Notes: generated by a model from the letters alone, not told the origin. A stretch of 29,337 nt of DNA from Candidatus Sulfobium sp. (GCA_037380845.1 JARRRI010000024.1:35607-64943), one strand, 5' to 3'; counted from the stretch's first letter, positions 1 through 8,971 are shown. Numbers and translations: made by a program.

Positions 1-261
1 CCATCGATCAGGGATATACTTCGGGAAAACGTCAATACAATAATGATCGATTCGTCCGGGGAGGAAAAGCTGGCTGATCAGGGGCTGACAGGGAGCGAGC
101 TTGCCAGGAAATACAGGGTCCGGGGTATTCCCACCCTTATCTTTCTGGGCCCGAAGAGGAAGGAACTGCTGAGGATTCCCGGACTGCTGACGAGGGAGGA
201 CTTCAGGGACGTGCTCTGCAATCAGGTTAAAGGCATAAACCGCAGACTGTGCGCCAGGTAG
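1..261 (+). CDS. soxW: Thioredoxin-fold protein, SoxW-like (5'-partial)
   Basis: Frame is open from base 1 to TAG 259-261. 'ELARKYRVRGIPTLIFL..ELLRIPG' is the C-terminal cis-Pro region of the thioredoxin/SoxW fold. It lies directly upstream of soxXYZAB. The CxxC is outside the window. Confidence 0.7.
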   Translation, partial: PSIRDILRENVNTIMIDSSGEEKLADQGLTGSELARKYRVRGIPTLIFLGPKRKELLRIPGLLTREDFRDVLCNQVKGINRRLCAR

Positions 262-327
262 CCGCAGATGCGGTGCAGGCTTCGCCTGTGTTTATTCAGA
301 TAAATGAAGAAAAGAAAGGAGGAAACA

Positions 328-693
328 GTGAAGACCATCAAGAATTTTGCGGCGTTGGGTTTGACCCTCGTGCTTCTTGCCTTGCCGGCTGCCGCATTGG
401 CAGGCGGCAGCTTCGAAAGCGGAAAGAAGTGCGTCAACACCAGGAGCCTGGGCAACTGCGCGGCATGTCATGTGGTGCCGGGCATGGAGTTCCCGGGAGA
501 TGTCGGGCCGGACCTTGTCAAGGCGATGCAGCATTACTCCGAGAAGGACCGGGACGTGGTCTGGCAATGGGTGTGGGACGCAAGGAAATTCGACCCGGAT
601 ACCATTATGCCGCCTTTCGGACCCAACAAGATACTCACGAAGGAGCAGGTCGATGACGTCGTCGACTATCTTTACAGCTTAAAGAAGAAATAA
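328..693 (+). CDS. soxX: SoxX monoheme cytochrome c
   Basis: GTG 328 follows SD AAGGAGG, so it is preferred over ATG 304. Sec signal peptide ending AALA; GNCAACH heme motif; 'GDVGPDL' and 'TIMPPFG' (axial Met) are typical of SoxX. Confidence 0.93.
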   Translation: MKTIKNFAALGLTLVLLALPAAALAGGSFESGKKCVNTRSLGNCAACHVVPGMEFPGDVGPDLVKAMQHYSEKDRDVVWQWVWDARKFDPDTIMPPFGPNKILTKEQVDDVVDYLYSLKKK

Positions 694-711
694 ACCAAGG
701 AGGTAAAAACC

Positions 712-1206
712 ATGGAGCGGAAGGATAAGGATCTGGTTCTCTCCAGGAGGGCTTTCCTGAAGACTGGCGGCGCAACCTGCGCTGTTTTCCTGTTGGCGGG
801 CAGTTTGCCGTCGCTGGTGAAGCCGGCCTTCGGCGCGCCGAAGAAAGAGAGCATCAAGGATGTGCTGAAAAAACAGTTCGGGGACAAGCCCATGAGCATG
901 TCCCATGTGGACATCAAGGCCCCTATCATCGCAGAAAACGGCGCCGTCGTCCCCATAAGGGTCGTCTCCGACCTGCCGATGAGGGATGACGATTACGTGA
1001 AAAAGATATATATATATGCCGAGGGCAACCTTCAGCCGTACGTCGCCGGCATCAATCTCACCCCGGCCAACGGCAAGGCGGATTTTTCCCTGAGGATAAA
1101 AATGAGAAAGACCGCCAACGTCAGGGCGGTGCTTGAGACTAGCAAAGGCAAGCTCTACGAGGCTTCCAGGTCCGTAAAGGTGACGATCGGCGGCTGTGGC
1201 GGCTGA
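712..1206 (+). CDS. soxY: SoxY sulfur carrier
   Basis: Tat signal SRRAFLK; 'APIIAENGAVVP'; C-terminal swinging arm VKVTIGGCGG. Confidence 0.97.
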   Translation: MERKDKDLVLSRRAFLKTGGATCAVFLLAGSLPSLVKPAFGAPKKESIKDVLKKQFGDKPMSMSHVDIKAPIIAENGAVVPIRVVSDLPMRDDDYVKKIYIYAEGNLQPYVAGINLTPANGKADFSLRIKMRKTANVRAVLETSKGKLYEASRSVKVTIGGCGG

Positions 1207-1257
1207 TCGGTCTTTCCTTTGAAATACCTTGACTGACAATTCCAGGAGGAAAATGAT

Positions 1258-1590
1258 ATGGCAAAGATAGGAAGGATCAAGATAAGGGTACCGCATTCCA
1301 TAACAAAGGGAGAGGTTATCCCGGTACAGGTGCTGGTCACCCATCCCATGGAGACCGGGCAGCGGAAGGACAAGAAAACCAAGGAACTCATCCCGGCATA
1401 TTACATCAATGGCGTCGATGTTTATTACGGCGACAGCCTGATAACACACTGCGACTGGACTATCGCCGTCAGCGCCAACCCGTTCATGACTTTCTATGTG
1501 AAGGCGGAGAAGGCGGCCCCGCTTAAGATCGTCTATAAGGACATCAAGGGAGGGGTTTACGAAAAGACGGTACAGATTAGCCCGCAGTAA
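1258..1590 (+). CDS. soxZ: SoxZ
   Basis: 'HPMETGQRKD..ELIPAYYI' and 'AVSANP' motifs; no signal peptide, consistent with co-export with SoxY. Confidence 0.96.
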   Translation: MAKIGRIKIRVPHSITKGEVIPVQVLVTHPMETGQRKDKKTKELIPAYYINGVDVYYGDSLITHCDWTIAVSANPFMTFYVKAEKAAPLKIVYKDIKGGVYEKTVQISPQ

Positions 1591-1624
1591 AAGGAACCTA
1601 TAAAGACCAGGAGGTAACGGGCAA

Positions 1625-2467
1625 ATGCATAAACTAATTACACGAATCCTGATATTGCTTTCAGTTTCATTCGGGATGCTCAGTATAATCGGAATACAGT
1701 ACTCCTTTGCCGCCGACGGATCCACGCCTGTGATAAAAGAGTACAAGCAGAGCGTCTCTGCAGAGGAGTACGAGAAAAGATACAATGCCGTTTACGGCAA
1801 ATCCACCGAGCAGATGGCCGAGGAGGGGAATCCCGCCGACTTTCTGCTGGAGGACGGCCGGGACCTTTACAACAAGGTCGAGGGCAGCGCCGGCAAATCC
1901 TGCGCCGACTGCCACGGCAAAAACGGCGAGAAGTTGAAGGGTGTAGCGGCCACTTATCCGAAGTACGACCCCGCAATAAAGGGTATAAACACAGTGGCCC
2001 TGCAGATTAACAGGTGCCGCGAGGACAACATGGGCGCCGAGCCGTTGAAATACGAGTCCGACGACCAGCTGTCACTGACACTGTACGTCAAGTCTCTCTC
2101 AAACGGCGACCCAATCAACGTCAGAATAGACGGGCCCGCCCGCCCGTTCTATGAAGCGGGCGAGGCTTACTACTATAAAAGGTTCGGACAGTTCAACTTC
2201 AGCTGCGCACTTTGTCATGTCAAGTACGCCGGCCACATGATGAGGGCCAACCTTCTTTCCAACAACAGACACCACGCCGACCATTGGCCCTCATACAGGC
2301 TGAAGTGGGGTGCTACAGGCTCTATCCAGAGGAGATTCCGGGGCTGCAACAAGAACGTCAGACAGAAGCCGGAGCCTTATCAGAGCGAGACGTACCGCAA
2401 CCTGGAGCTGTACCTGACTTATCAGGCCAACGGGCTGCCGATAAACGTCCCGGGCTTCAAGATGTAG
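1625..2467 (+). CDS. soxA: SoxA diheme cytochrome c (L-cysteine S-thiosulfotransferase subunit)
   Basis: Signal peptide; CADCH (1901-1915) and CALCH (2204-2218); 'INRCR' Cys ligand; 'WPSYRLKW' and 'RRFRGC' active-site Cys. Confidence 0.96.
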   Translation: MHKLITRILILLSVSFGMLSIIGIQYSFAADGSTPVIKEYKQSVSAEEYEKRYNAVYGKSTEQMAEEGNPADFLLEDGRDLYNKVEGSAGKSCADCHGKNGEKLKGVAATYPKYDPAIKGINTVALQINRCREDNMGAEPLKYESDDQLSLTLYVKSLSNGDPINVRIDGPARPFYEAGEAYYYKRFGQFNFSCALCHVKYAGHMMRANLLSNNRHHADHWPSYRLKWGATGSIQRRFRGCNKNVRQKPEPYQSETYRNLELYLTYQANGLPINVPGFKM

Positions 2468-2496
2468 GCGGGATAAACTTGATTTGAGGAGGTAAG

Positions 2497-4158
2497 ATGA
2501 GTATTACGAGGCGTAAATTCGTACAGATGATGGGTCTCGCGGCCGGCACCGCCGCAGTCTCTCCGTCTGCACTGGCCAAGAGTCTGAAGCCGGAGAAGCT
2601 CGTCAAATTTCAGGCGATGGGCAACATCACGCTGCTCCATACCACCGACACCCACGCCCAGCTTGTCCCCATATATTACCGCGAACCCGATACCAACATC
2701 GGGGTGGGAGAAGACAAGGGCGAGCCGCCTCATCTGACGGGCAGACACTTTCTGGAATACTACGGCTACAAGCCCGGAACCGTGGAGGCGTATGCCTACT
2801 CGAGCGTCGACTATGCAAGGCTGGCCGAGGAATACGGCAAGATGGGCGGGTTCGCATATATCGCTACGCTTATGAACCAGATTAAGGCGGAGAGGCCCGG
2901 CAAGACGCTGCATATAGACGGGGGCGATACCATCCAGGGTTCTGCCACCAGTCTCTGGACCAGGGGCGAAGACATGGTGAAGGCCATGAACAAGATGGGC
3001 TGCGATGTCATGACAGGCCACTGGGAGTTCACGTACGGACAGGATCGGCTTATGGAGCTGATAAAGAAGATGGATTTCGCGTTCGTTGCCCAGAACGTCA
3101 ACGATGCAACATGGGGCGACCCCATCTTCAAGCCCTATGTCATCAAGCAGGTCAACGGCCTTGCCGTGGCGGTTATCGGCCAGGCGTTCCCGTACACTCC
3201 CATAGCGAACCCGAGGAGGTTCATACCCGACTGGTCCTTCGGAATCAAGGACGAGCACATGCAGAAGGTCGTCAACGAAGTGAGGGCGAAGAAGGTCGAC
3301 CTTGTCGTCGTCATCTCCCACAATGGGATGGACGTGGACAAGAAGATGGCCAGGAGGGTTAAGGGGATAGATGTAATCATGGGCGGCCACACCCATGACG
3401 GGGTTCCTCAGCCCTTTGTGGTGAACAAGACACTTGTAATCAACTCCGGCTGCTACGGAAAATTTCTCTCCAGGCTCGACCTGAAGGTGAAGGGAAGAAA
3501 GATAGAGGACTATTCTTACAGGCTCATTCCGGTCATGTCCAGCATGATAAAGCCGGACGCCGAGATGGCCGGGCTGGTCGAGGAAATCCGCGCCCCTTAC
3601 AAGGACAAGCTCAACGAGGTCATCGGCCACACAGAGACCATCCTTTACAGGAGGGGTAATCTGGACGGCACCTTCGACGACCTGATATGCGACGCCCTCG
3701 TCGACCACTACGATGCTGACTTCGCTCTCTCTCCGGGCTTCAGGTGGGGAAGGACGGTGCTGCAGGGCCCCATCACGGCAGAAGACGTTTACTCGCAGAC
3801 AGCACTCACATATCCCAATACCTATAAGGCCGCCATGAAGGGCAGCAGGATAAAGGAGGTCCTCGAAGACATAGCGGACAACCTGTTTAACCCCGACCCC
3901 TACAGGCAGCAGGGAGGGGATATGGTAAGGACTAGGGGCCTCGATTTCACCATCAAAGTCAACGGAACTATGGGCAACAGGATAAGGGACCTCAAGGTCC
4001 GGGGCAAGGCCATGGAGCCGAACAAGGATTATACCATGTCCGGATGGGCCTCCATGGCGGAGCAGCCCGGGCCGCCTGTCTTTGACATAGTCATCGATTA
4101 TATCAGAAAGAAAAAGAACATCAATGTGTTTAATGACAGACCCAGGATGGTAACCTGA
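2497..4158 (+). CDS. soxB: SoxB thiosulfohydrolase
   Basis: Tat signal TRRKFVQ; metallophosphoesterase motifs DTHAQL, DGGDT, GHWEF, SHNG, GGHTHD; SoxB-typical 'REPDTNIGVG', 'SPGFRWG' and 'NPDPYRQQGGDMVR'. Confidence 0.97.
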   Translation: MSITRRKFVQMMGLAAGTAAVSPSALAKSLKPEKLVKFQAMGNITLLHTTDTHAQLVPIYYREPDTNIGVGEDKGEPPHLTGRHFLEYYGYKPGTVEAYAYSSVDYARLAEEYGKMGGFAYIATLMNQIKAERPGKTLHIDGGDTIQGSATSLWTRGEDMVKAMNKMGCDVMTGHWEFTYGQDRLMELIKKMDFAFVAQNVNDATWGDPIFKPYVIKQVNGLAVAVIGQAFPYTPIANPRRFIPDWSFGIKDEHMQKVVNEVRAKKVDLVVVISHNGMDVDKKMARRVKGIDVIMGGHTHDGVPQPFVVNKTLVINSGCYGKFLSRLDLKVKGRKIEDYSYRLIPVMSSMIKPDAEMAGLVEEIRAPYKDKLNEVIGHTETILYRRGNLDGTFDDLICDALVDHYDADFALSPGFRWGRTVLQGPITAEDVYSQTALTYPNTYKAAMKGSRIKEVLEDIADNLFNPDPYRQQGGDMVRTRGLDFTIKVNGTMGNRIRDLKVRGKAMEPNKDYTMSGWASMAEQPGPPVFDIVIDYIRKKKNINVFNDRPRMVT

Positions 4159-4172
4159 GAGCGCGGGATTCA

Positions 4173-4211
4173 GGGGCGCTCCGGACAGTTTCTTCCCCGC
4201 CGGAGCGCCTT
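4173..4211 (+). terminator. GC-rich stem-loop after soxB (terminator or RNA-stabilising hairpin)
   Basis: GGCGCTCCGG (4175-4184) pairs perfectly with CCGGAGCGCC (4200-4209); the U-tract is weak. Confidence 0.55.
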
Positions 4212-4216
4212 CCCGT

Positions 4217-4222
4217 TATAAT
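4217..4222 (+). promoter_or_regulatory. Sigma-70 -10 box (TATAAT) for the regulatory operon, probably leaderless
   Basis: Perfect TATAAT ends 6 nt before ATG 4229; there is no SD; the -35 match is poor. Confidence 0.5.
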
Positions 4223-4228
4223 TCAAGA

Positions 4229-5818
4229 ATGAAAAAACGTTTCAGTATTATTTTTTTCGCAGCTTTTTTCCTTCCCTTCCTTCTTTTATTGTCCTTCTGT
4301 CCTCCCGTCGCGGCCAAAAAACACAAACTCACCCTGATGCTTATACCGCTCCAGTCGCCTTCAGTCATGTACGGCAACTTCCTGCCCTTCAAACGATATC
4401 TGGAGGAGCAACTGGGCGAGCCGGTGGATTTGAAGGTGGCAAACAAGAGAAGCGACGTCATAGGGAGCCTTCAGAGGGGCGAAGCCGATATGGCCTTCAT
4501 GTGCCCCACGCTATACTGCAGCGCCTCCAGGCTCATACCGCTAGAGCCCCTGGCGAAGCTGCGCGTGAACGGGAGTGCCGAATACCGGAGCGTACTGCTG
4601 GTGCGGAAGGATTCCGATATCAAAAAAACGGCGGACCTTGCAGACAGGACCTTCGTGTACGGAAGGTATTACTGCCCCGGTTCCGGGCTGCTGCCGGAGT
4701 CGCTCCTGCAGAAGGTCGGGATCGATGACGACGATTTCATGGAAACGGTAAAGCTCGGCTCGGACGAAAGCGCGATCCTTGCGGTCATGGCCAGGCTGTT
4801 CGACGCGACCGGGGTTTCCGAGATGGCGGCAAAGCCTTACCTGGACAAGGGTATGAGGATCCTGAGCTATTCATATCCTATCCCCCAGTATCTTTTTGCC
4901 GCCAGGGCCGGCCTCGGCAAGCCCCTCCTGAAAAAAATCCGGGAGGCGATGGTCTCCGTAAACTCCCACGACCCCAAAAAAGTGCTGGGCAGCATAGAGC
5001 CCGGGGCCGACGGACTGGTCGAGGCGGGGGACGGCGACTACGATATTGTCAGGATCCTGATGAAAAGCGTTCTCGGCGATAAGGACATGATGAAGCCGGT
5101 CAAAGGAGCCGTCAGGTTTGTGGTGGAACCGGTCTCGTTCGAACCCGAGATGTTCAAGGAGCTGCATTCGCTGGTGCTTTACCTCTCCAGGGCTTCAGGC
5201 AGGCGGTTTCAGCTTGTGATCCCCGAAAGTATCAAGGACTTCATTCGTATGATGAAGGTCGGGGAGGGGGATTTCTTCCTCCAGAATCGCGATCTTTATT
5301 CCGGGGCCGTGACGAAGGGCTATCTCTCCGGGCTGGCATCCCTCGCCCGGACCGGACGGTCTGAAAACAGGGGAGTGATTATCGTAAGCGCAAAGAGTCC
5401 GATAAAAGCCCTGCGTGAACTTGACGGCAAAAAAACCGGCGTTGTATCATTATATTCAGATAGCGGTTTTCTCGCCCAGAAGGAACTGCTAAGGAAAGAG
5501 AAGGTGCCTGCTGGTTCCGTCCATTTCGTGGTGCTCAGGTCCTGCGAGCGTGTGATCATGCAAGTTTACCATGGCGTGGTCAGTGCCGGTTTTGTGAGTT
5601 ACTCCGCACTTCAGTCCATGGGAAAGGACATAGACCTGGGCCGTTTCAGGGTCCTGGCGACGTCGCCGCCGCTGCCCGACTGGGTCATCGCCGCAAGGAA
5701 AGGCCTGGATGCGGAATTCGCTAAGAGAATAGAAAAGGCCCTCATCCGGTACTCAGTAAAAGGCCCGGACGTCCCCGGCGATATCAGGATGAGAGAGTTG
5801 AAGTCAACCGGCGGATGA
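4229..5818 (+). CDS. Tandem (two-domain) PhnD/phosphonate-binding-fold periplasmic substrate-binding protein, not linked to an ABC transporter here
   Basis: Signal peptide. Two repeats of the PhnD pattern: 'F.PFKRYLEEQLG.PV.L', 'YRSVLLVRKDSDIK..ADL', 'PIPQYLF'; then 'L..LVLYLSRASG', 'GVIIVSAKSPIK.L.EL.GK', 'SDSGFL', 'SPPLPDW'. Confidence 0.85.
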   Translation: MKKRFSIIFFAAFFLPFLLLLSFCPPVAAKKHKLTLMLIPLQSPSVMYGNFLPFKRYLEEQLGEPVDLKVANKRSDVIGSLQRGEADMAFMCPTLYCSASRLIPLEPLAKLRVNGSAEYRSVLLVRKDSDIKKTADLADRTFVYGRYYCPGSGLLPESLLQKVGIDDDDFMETVKLGSDESAILAVMARLFDATGVSEMAAKPYLDKGMRILSYSYPIPQYLFAARAGLGKPLLKKIREAMVSVNSHDPKKVLGSIEPGADGLVEAGDGDYDIVRILMKSVLGDKDMMKPVKGAVRFVVEPVSFEPEMFKELHSLVLYLSRASGRRFQLVIPESIKDFIRMMKVGEGDFFLQNRDLYSGAVTKGYLSGLASLARTGRSENRGVIIVSAKSPIKALRELDGKKTGVVSLYSDSGFLAQKELLRKEKVPAGSVHFVVLRSCERVIMQVYHGVVSAGFVSYSALQSMGKDIDLGRFRVLATSPPLPDWVIAARKGLDAEFAKRIEKALIRYSVKGPDVPGDIRMRELKSTGG

Positions 5819-5877
5819 AAGCATGAGCCATCCGTGAAAGGGCTTTTGGCAGAATTGATGACGCCCCTGCCCGTAGC

Positions 5878-7368
5878 ATGAGGATTTTTAGAGAACTCAA
5901 CGAGCGCACCAGCATCAAGGTCAAGGGCATCCTTTACATGATGCTGATGCTGATGGTCATCTATTTTTCGGTAAGCCTCATAGTACTCTCTACGGCCCAT
6001 AAAAACCTGGACCTCCATCTCAGACAGTTCCATACAAGTATTGCCCAGAAGCTGGCCGTTTCCGCTTCCGACTCAATAATAGCAAAGGATTACGGCTCCC
6101 TGATGGAGCAGGTAAGACAACTCAGGCAGTCGTCGCAGGTACAGGGCGTCAAGGCGGTGGACATGCGCGGGATCGTGGTCCTGTCCGATGACCTGAGCGA
6201 GATAGGAAAGCGCGAGCCGCAGATGCTGCAGCGCCTGCGCGACGTGACGATAGCCGGAAATGATGCCCGGGACGTGTCAGATACGGAGGTCTTTATGCCG
6301 GTCGATGTGGAAGGGGACGTGCTGGGTGCGCTGCAGGTGAAATTCAATGACTCCGGGAAGACCGGACCCAGCAGGGAATTCAGGAAAACGGAGATCCAGC
6401 TCGCTTATCTTTCGCTGCTGATCTTTGCGGCGGGCATATGGGGCTCTTTCATGGTGTCTTCGATCCTTACCAAGCCGGTAACGAAACTGGTGAGGGAAAT
6501 AGAGTCGTTTGAAAAGGAGATAACCCTCGGCGGCGGCAATCTGTACGACCCGGTGGTCAGGGACGAGTCGGTCCAGCTTAAACAGGCCTTCCGGCACATG
6601 ATAGAGCACCTGAAAGAATATCTTCAGGAATTCAGGAGGATGTCCGAGGAGAGGGAGAAGATTTCCTGTATGGCCATGGTGGGACAGATGTCAGCGCAGA
6701 TAGCGCACGAGATGCGGAACAGCCTCTATGCGATCAGGGGAGCGGCCTCCGAAATAAAACGGATAAACCACCAGTCTGAGATAGAGGAGTATGCGGATAT
6801 AATAAAGGACGAGTCGCTCGAGATGACCATAATGGCCGACGAGTTCCTCCGGTTTTCGAGGATGCCTTCTCCTTCGCCCAGGCCTTGCCGGATAACGGAT
6901 ATAGTGGACAGGGTGGTGGAACTGCTCGACACTGACCTGGATGAGGCCGGCGTCAGGGTCGTAAGGCTGGAACCTCACGAAGTGCCGCAGATAATCGGCG
7001 ATCCGGCTCTGTTAAAGCAGGCATTTATGAACCTTTTCATAAATGCTATACAGGCCATGGAAGAAGGCGGTAAGATCACGGTGGATTATAAGGTCTCCGG
7101 CGAGCGGGTGGAGGTGCACGTAATGGACACCGGGCCGGGTATTCCGGAGGAGGTGGCCTCCAGGATGTTCCAGCCGTTCTTTACCACCAAGACCGAAGGG
7201 AGCGGGCTGGGTCTTGCGACGGTCTATAAGATAATCTTCACCCATCACGGTGAGATCAAGCTGCTCGGGTCCGACGGGGGAGCGCATTTCCAGATAATGC
7301 TGCCTCTGGCCGGGAGCGAATACGGACGCATCTACCAGGCTGTCAAATTGGGGCAAGGCAGGGCGTAA
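5878..7368 (+). CDS. Membrane sensor histidine kinase (NtrB/AtoS-like)
   Basis: Two TM helices flank a periplasmic domain. H-box AHEMRNSL, N-box NLFINAIQA, DTGPGI, FQPFFTTK, GSGLGL. The start is uncertain (see findings). Confidence 0.93.
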   Translation: MRIFRELNERTSIKVKGILYMMLMLMVIYFSVSLIVLSTAHKNLDLHLRQFHTSIAQKLAVSASDSIIAKDYGSLMEQVRQLRQSSQVQGVKAVDMRGIVVLSDDLSEIGKREPQMLQRLRDVTIAGNDARDVSDTEVFMPVDVEGDVLGALQVKFNDSGKTGPSREFRKTEIQLAYLSLLIFAAGIWGSFMVSSILTKPVTKLVREIESFEKEITLGGGNLYDPVVRDESVQLKQAFRHMIEHLKEYLQEFRRMSEEREKISCMAMVGQMSAQIAHEMRNSLYAIRGAASEIKRINHQSEIEEYADIIKDESLEMTIMADEFLRFSRMPSPSPRPCRITDIVDRVVELLDTDLDEAGVRVVRLEPHEVPQIIGDPALLKQAFMNLFINAIQAMEEGGKITVDYKVSGERVEVHVMDTGPGIPEEVASRMFQPFFTTKTEGSGLGLATVYKIIFTHHGEIKLLGSDGGAHFQIMLPLAGSEYGRIYQAVKLGQGRA

Positions 7369-7369
7369 A

Positions 7370-8710
7370 GTGGAAAAGATCCTGATTGTAGATGACGAGA
7401 GGAATATCCTCAGGTTTCTGAGCAGGCTCCTGAAGCAGGAGGGCTTCCAGGCGGATACGGCTAAAAACTTCGAAGAGGCGGTCTCAAAAATTGTTGACCA
7501 ACCCTTTGATCTCATCCTGTCCGACATGAGGCTGCCCGGCAGGTCCGGTCTGGACCTGCTGAAATGGGTGAAGGAAAAGGACCCGGATCTGCCTGTTGTG
7601 ATAATAACGGCATACGGGAGCATAGAAAACGCTGTGGAAGCGATGAAGGCAGGGGCCGTCAACTACCTCACCAAGCCTGTCGAGTCCAATGACCTGTTCG
7701 CGGTCATAAGACACAGCCTTCTGCATAAGAAGGGCAGAAAAGGGGAAGACATCGCAGTCGGCCGGATAGAGGAGCAGTACGGGATAATAGGCCGCAGCAA
7801 ACCCATCCAGGAAATACTGACCACAGTCAGGATCGTTTGCGACAGCCGCTCCAACGTTCTTATCACGGGCGAATCCGGCACGGGTAAGGAATTGGTTGCC
7901 CGGGCGATGCACGACGCCTCCCAGAGGAGGCCGTTTCCTTTTGTCGCCATAAACTGCGGGGCGATACCCGGGGAACTTATGGAGAATGAGCTTTTCGGCC
8001 ACGAAGCGGGTTCCTATACGGGCGCAGCGTCAAGGGAAACCGGCAAGGTAGAACTGGCCAATAAGGGGACCCTGTTCCTCGACGAGATAGGAGAGATGCC
8101 CCTGCCCATGCAGATAAAACTTCTCCGCTTCATACAGGAGAGGGAGTTCTACCGCATCGGGGGGACGGTACCGGTGAAGGCCGACTGCCGCATCATCGCC
8201 TCTACGAACAGGAACCTGGAAGAGGAGATCGAAGAAGGCAGGTTCAGGGAAGACCTCTTTTACCGCCTGAACGTTATCCCTGTCCAGATGCCGAGGCTGA
8301 GTGAACGAAAGGAGGACATACCACTCCTGGTGGAACATTTTCTGGGCAAATATGCCGAACAGAACCAGAAGTTCGTGAAGGGCATCGATCAGAGGGCAAT
8401 GGAAGCCCTGGTGGCCTACGACTGGCCGGGCAATATCCGGCAGCTTGAAAATGTTATCGAAAGGGCCATCGTTCTTACCAGGTACGACACCATAGTAAGG
8501 GCGGACCTGCCCTCCAGGATATTGAATATCGGTGCCGAAGGCGGCGAAAAGATCGGGGGTTTTGACGGCCTGAAACTGCCTGAACTGGAGCGGGCCGCCA
8601 TTCTGAACGCTCTGGAGGGTGAGAGCTGGAACCAGACGAAGGCTTCCAGGCGCCTGGGCATAACGAGAAGGCAGCTCCGCACGAAGATGGCGAAATACGA
8701 TCTCCTCTAG
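7370..8710 (+). CDS. Sigma-54-dependent response regulator (REC-AAA+-HTH, NtrC family)
   Basis: GTG start; receiver 'IVDDE', 'SDMRLPG'; Walker A GESGTGKE; GAFTGA variant GSYTGA; Walker B LFLDEIGE; RFREDLFYRLNV; Fis-type HTH 'NQTKASRRLGI'. Confidence 0.96.
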   Translation: MEKILIVDDERNILRFLSRLLKQEGFQADTAKNFEEAVSKIVDQPFDLILSDMRLPGRSGLDLLKWVKEKDPDLPVVIITAYGSIENAVEAMKAGAVNYLTKPVESNDLFAVIRHSLLHKKGRKGEDIAVGRIEEQYGIIGRSKPIQEILTTVRIVCDSRSNVLITGESGTGKELVARAMHDASQRRPFPFVAINCGAIPGELMENELFGHEAGSYTGAASRETGKVELANKGTLFLDEIGEMPLPMQIKLLRFIQEREFYRIGGTVPVKADCRIIASTNRNLEEEIEEGRFREDLFYRLNVIPVQMPRLSERKEDIPLLVEHFLGKYAEQNQKFVKGIDQRAMEALVAYDWPGNIRQLENVIERAIVLTRYDTIVRADLPSRILNIGAEGGEKIGGFDGLKLPELERAAILNALEGESWNQTKASRRLGITRRQLRTKMAKYDLL

Positions 8711-8756
8711 TCTCGCAGGAAATAATCGCTTTCAAAAAATTGAAAAAATAACAATG

Positions 8757-8936
8757 CACCGCAGAGACGCGGAGAGCACAGAGATTCATCCGCCTCCGGC
8801 GGATAAAATTAATTTTGTTTTCCGGTGAGAGGCCGGAAGAACAAGAAAGGCCCACCTTTTGCAGCTCATGTATTTCTGCTTTCTCGGCAGAAATGCATGA
8901 TATAAAACTCTCTGCGTCCTCTGCATTTCTGCAGTG
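8757..8936. repeat. About 180-bp multi-hairpin element with imperfect terminal inverted repeats (MITE/REP-like)
   Basis: The left end CACCGCAGAGACGCGGAGAGCACAGAGA matches the reverse complement of the right end (CACTGCAGAAATGCAGAGGACGCAGAGA). Internal stems at 8788-8804, 8815-8844, 8846-8859 and 8866-8900. Confidence 0.65.
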
Positions 8937-8971
8937 AATATTTCTGGCTGCCCGGCTGTCCTGTTTCTCTT

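Noticed and set aside
679..3708. Long minus-strand ORFs (679-1785, 2422-3708)
   Set aside because: Antisense shadows of well-supported sox genes, with no recognisable motifs.
4229..5818. Phosphonate/phosphite ABC uptake system
   Set aside because: No phnC/phnE-like ATPase or permease is nearby, the STSG motif is altered, and the context is sulfur and signalling genes.
5824..5826. Selenocysteine read-through of the in-frame TGA upstream of the kinase
   Set aside because: It would place Sec at residue 4 of a non-catalytic tail, and there is no convincing SECIS-like stem.
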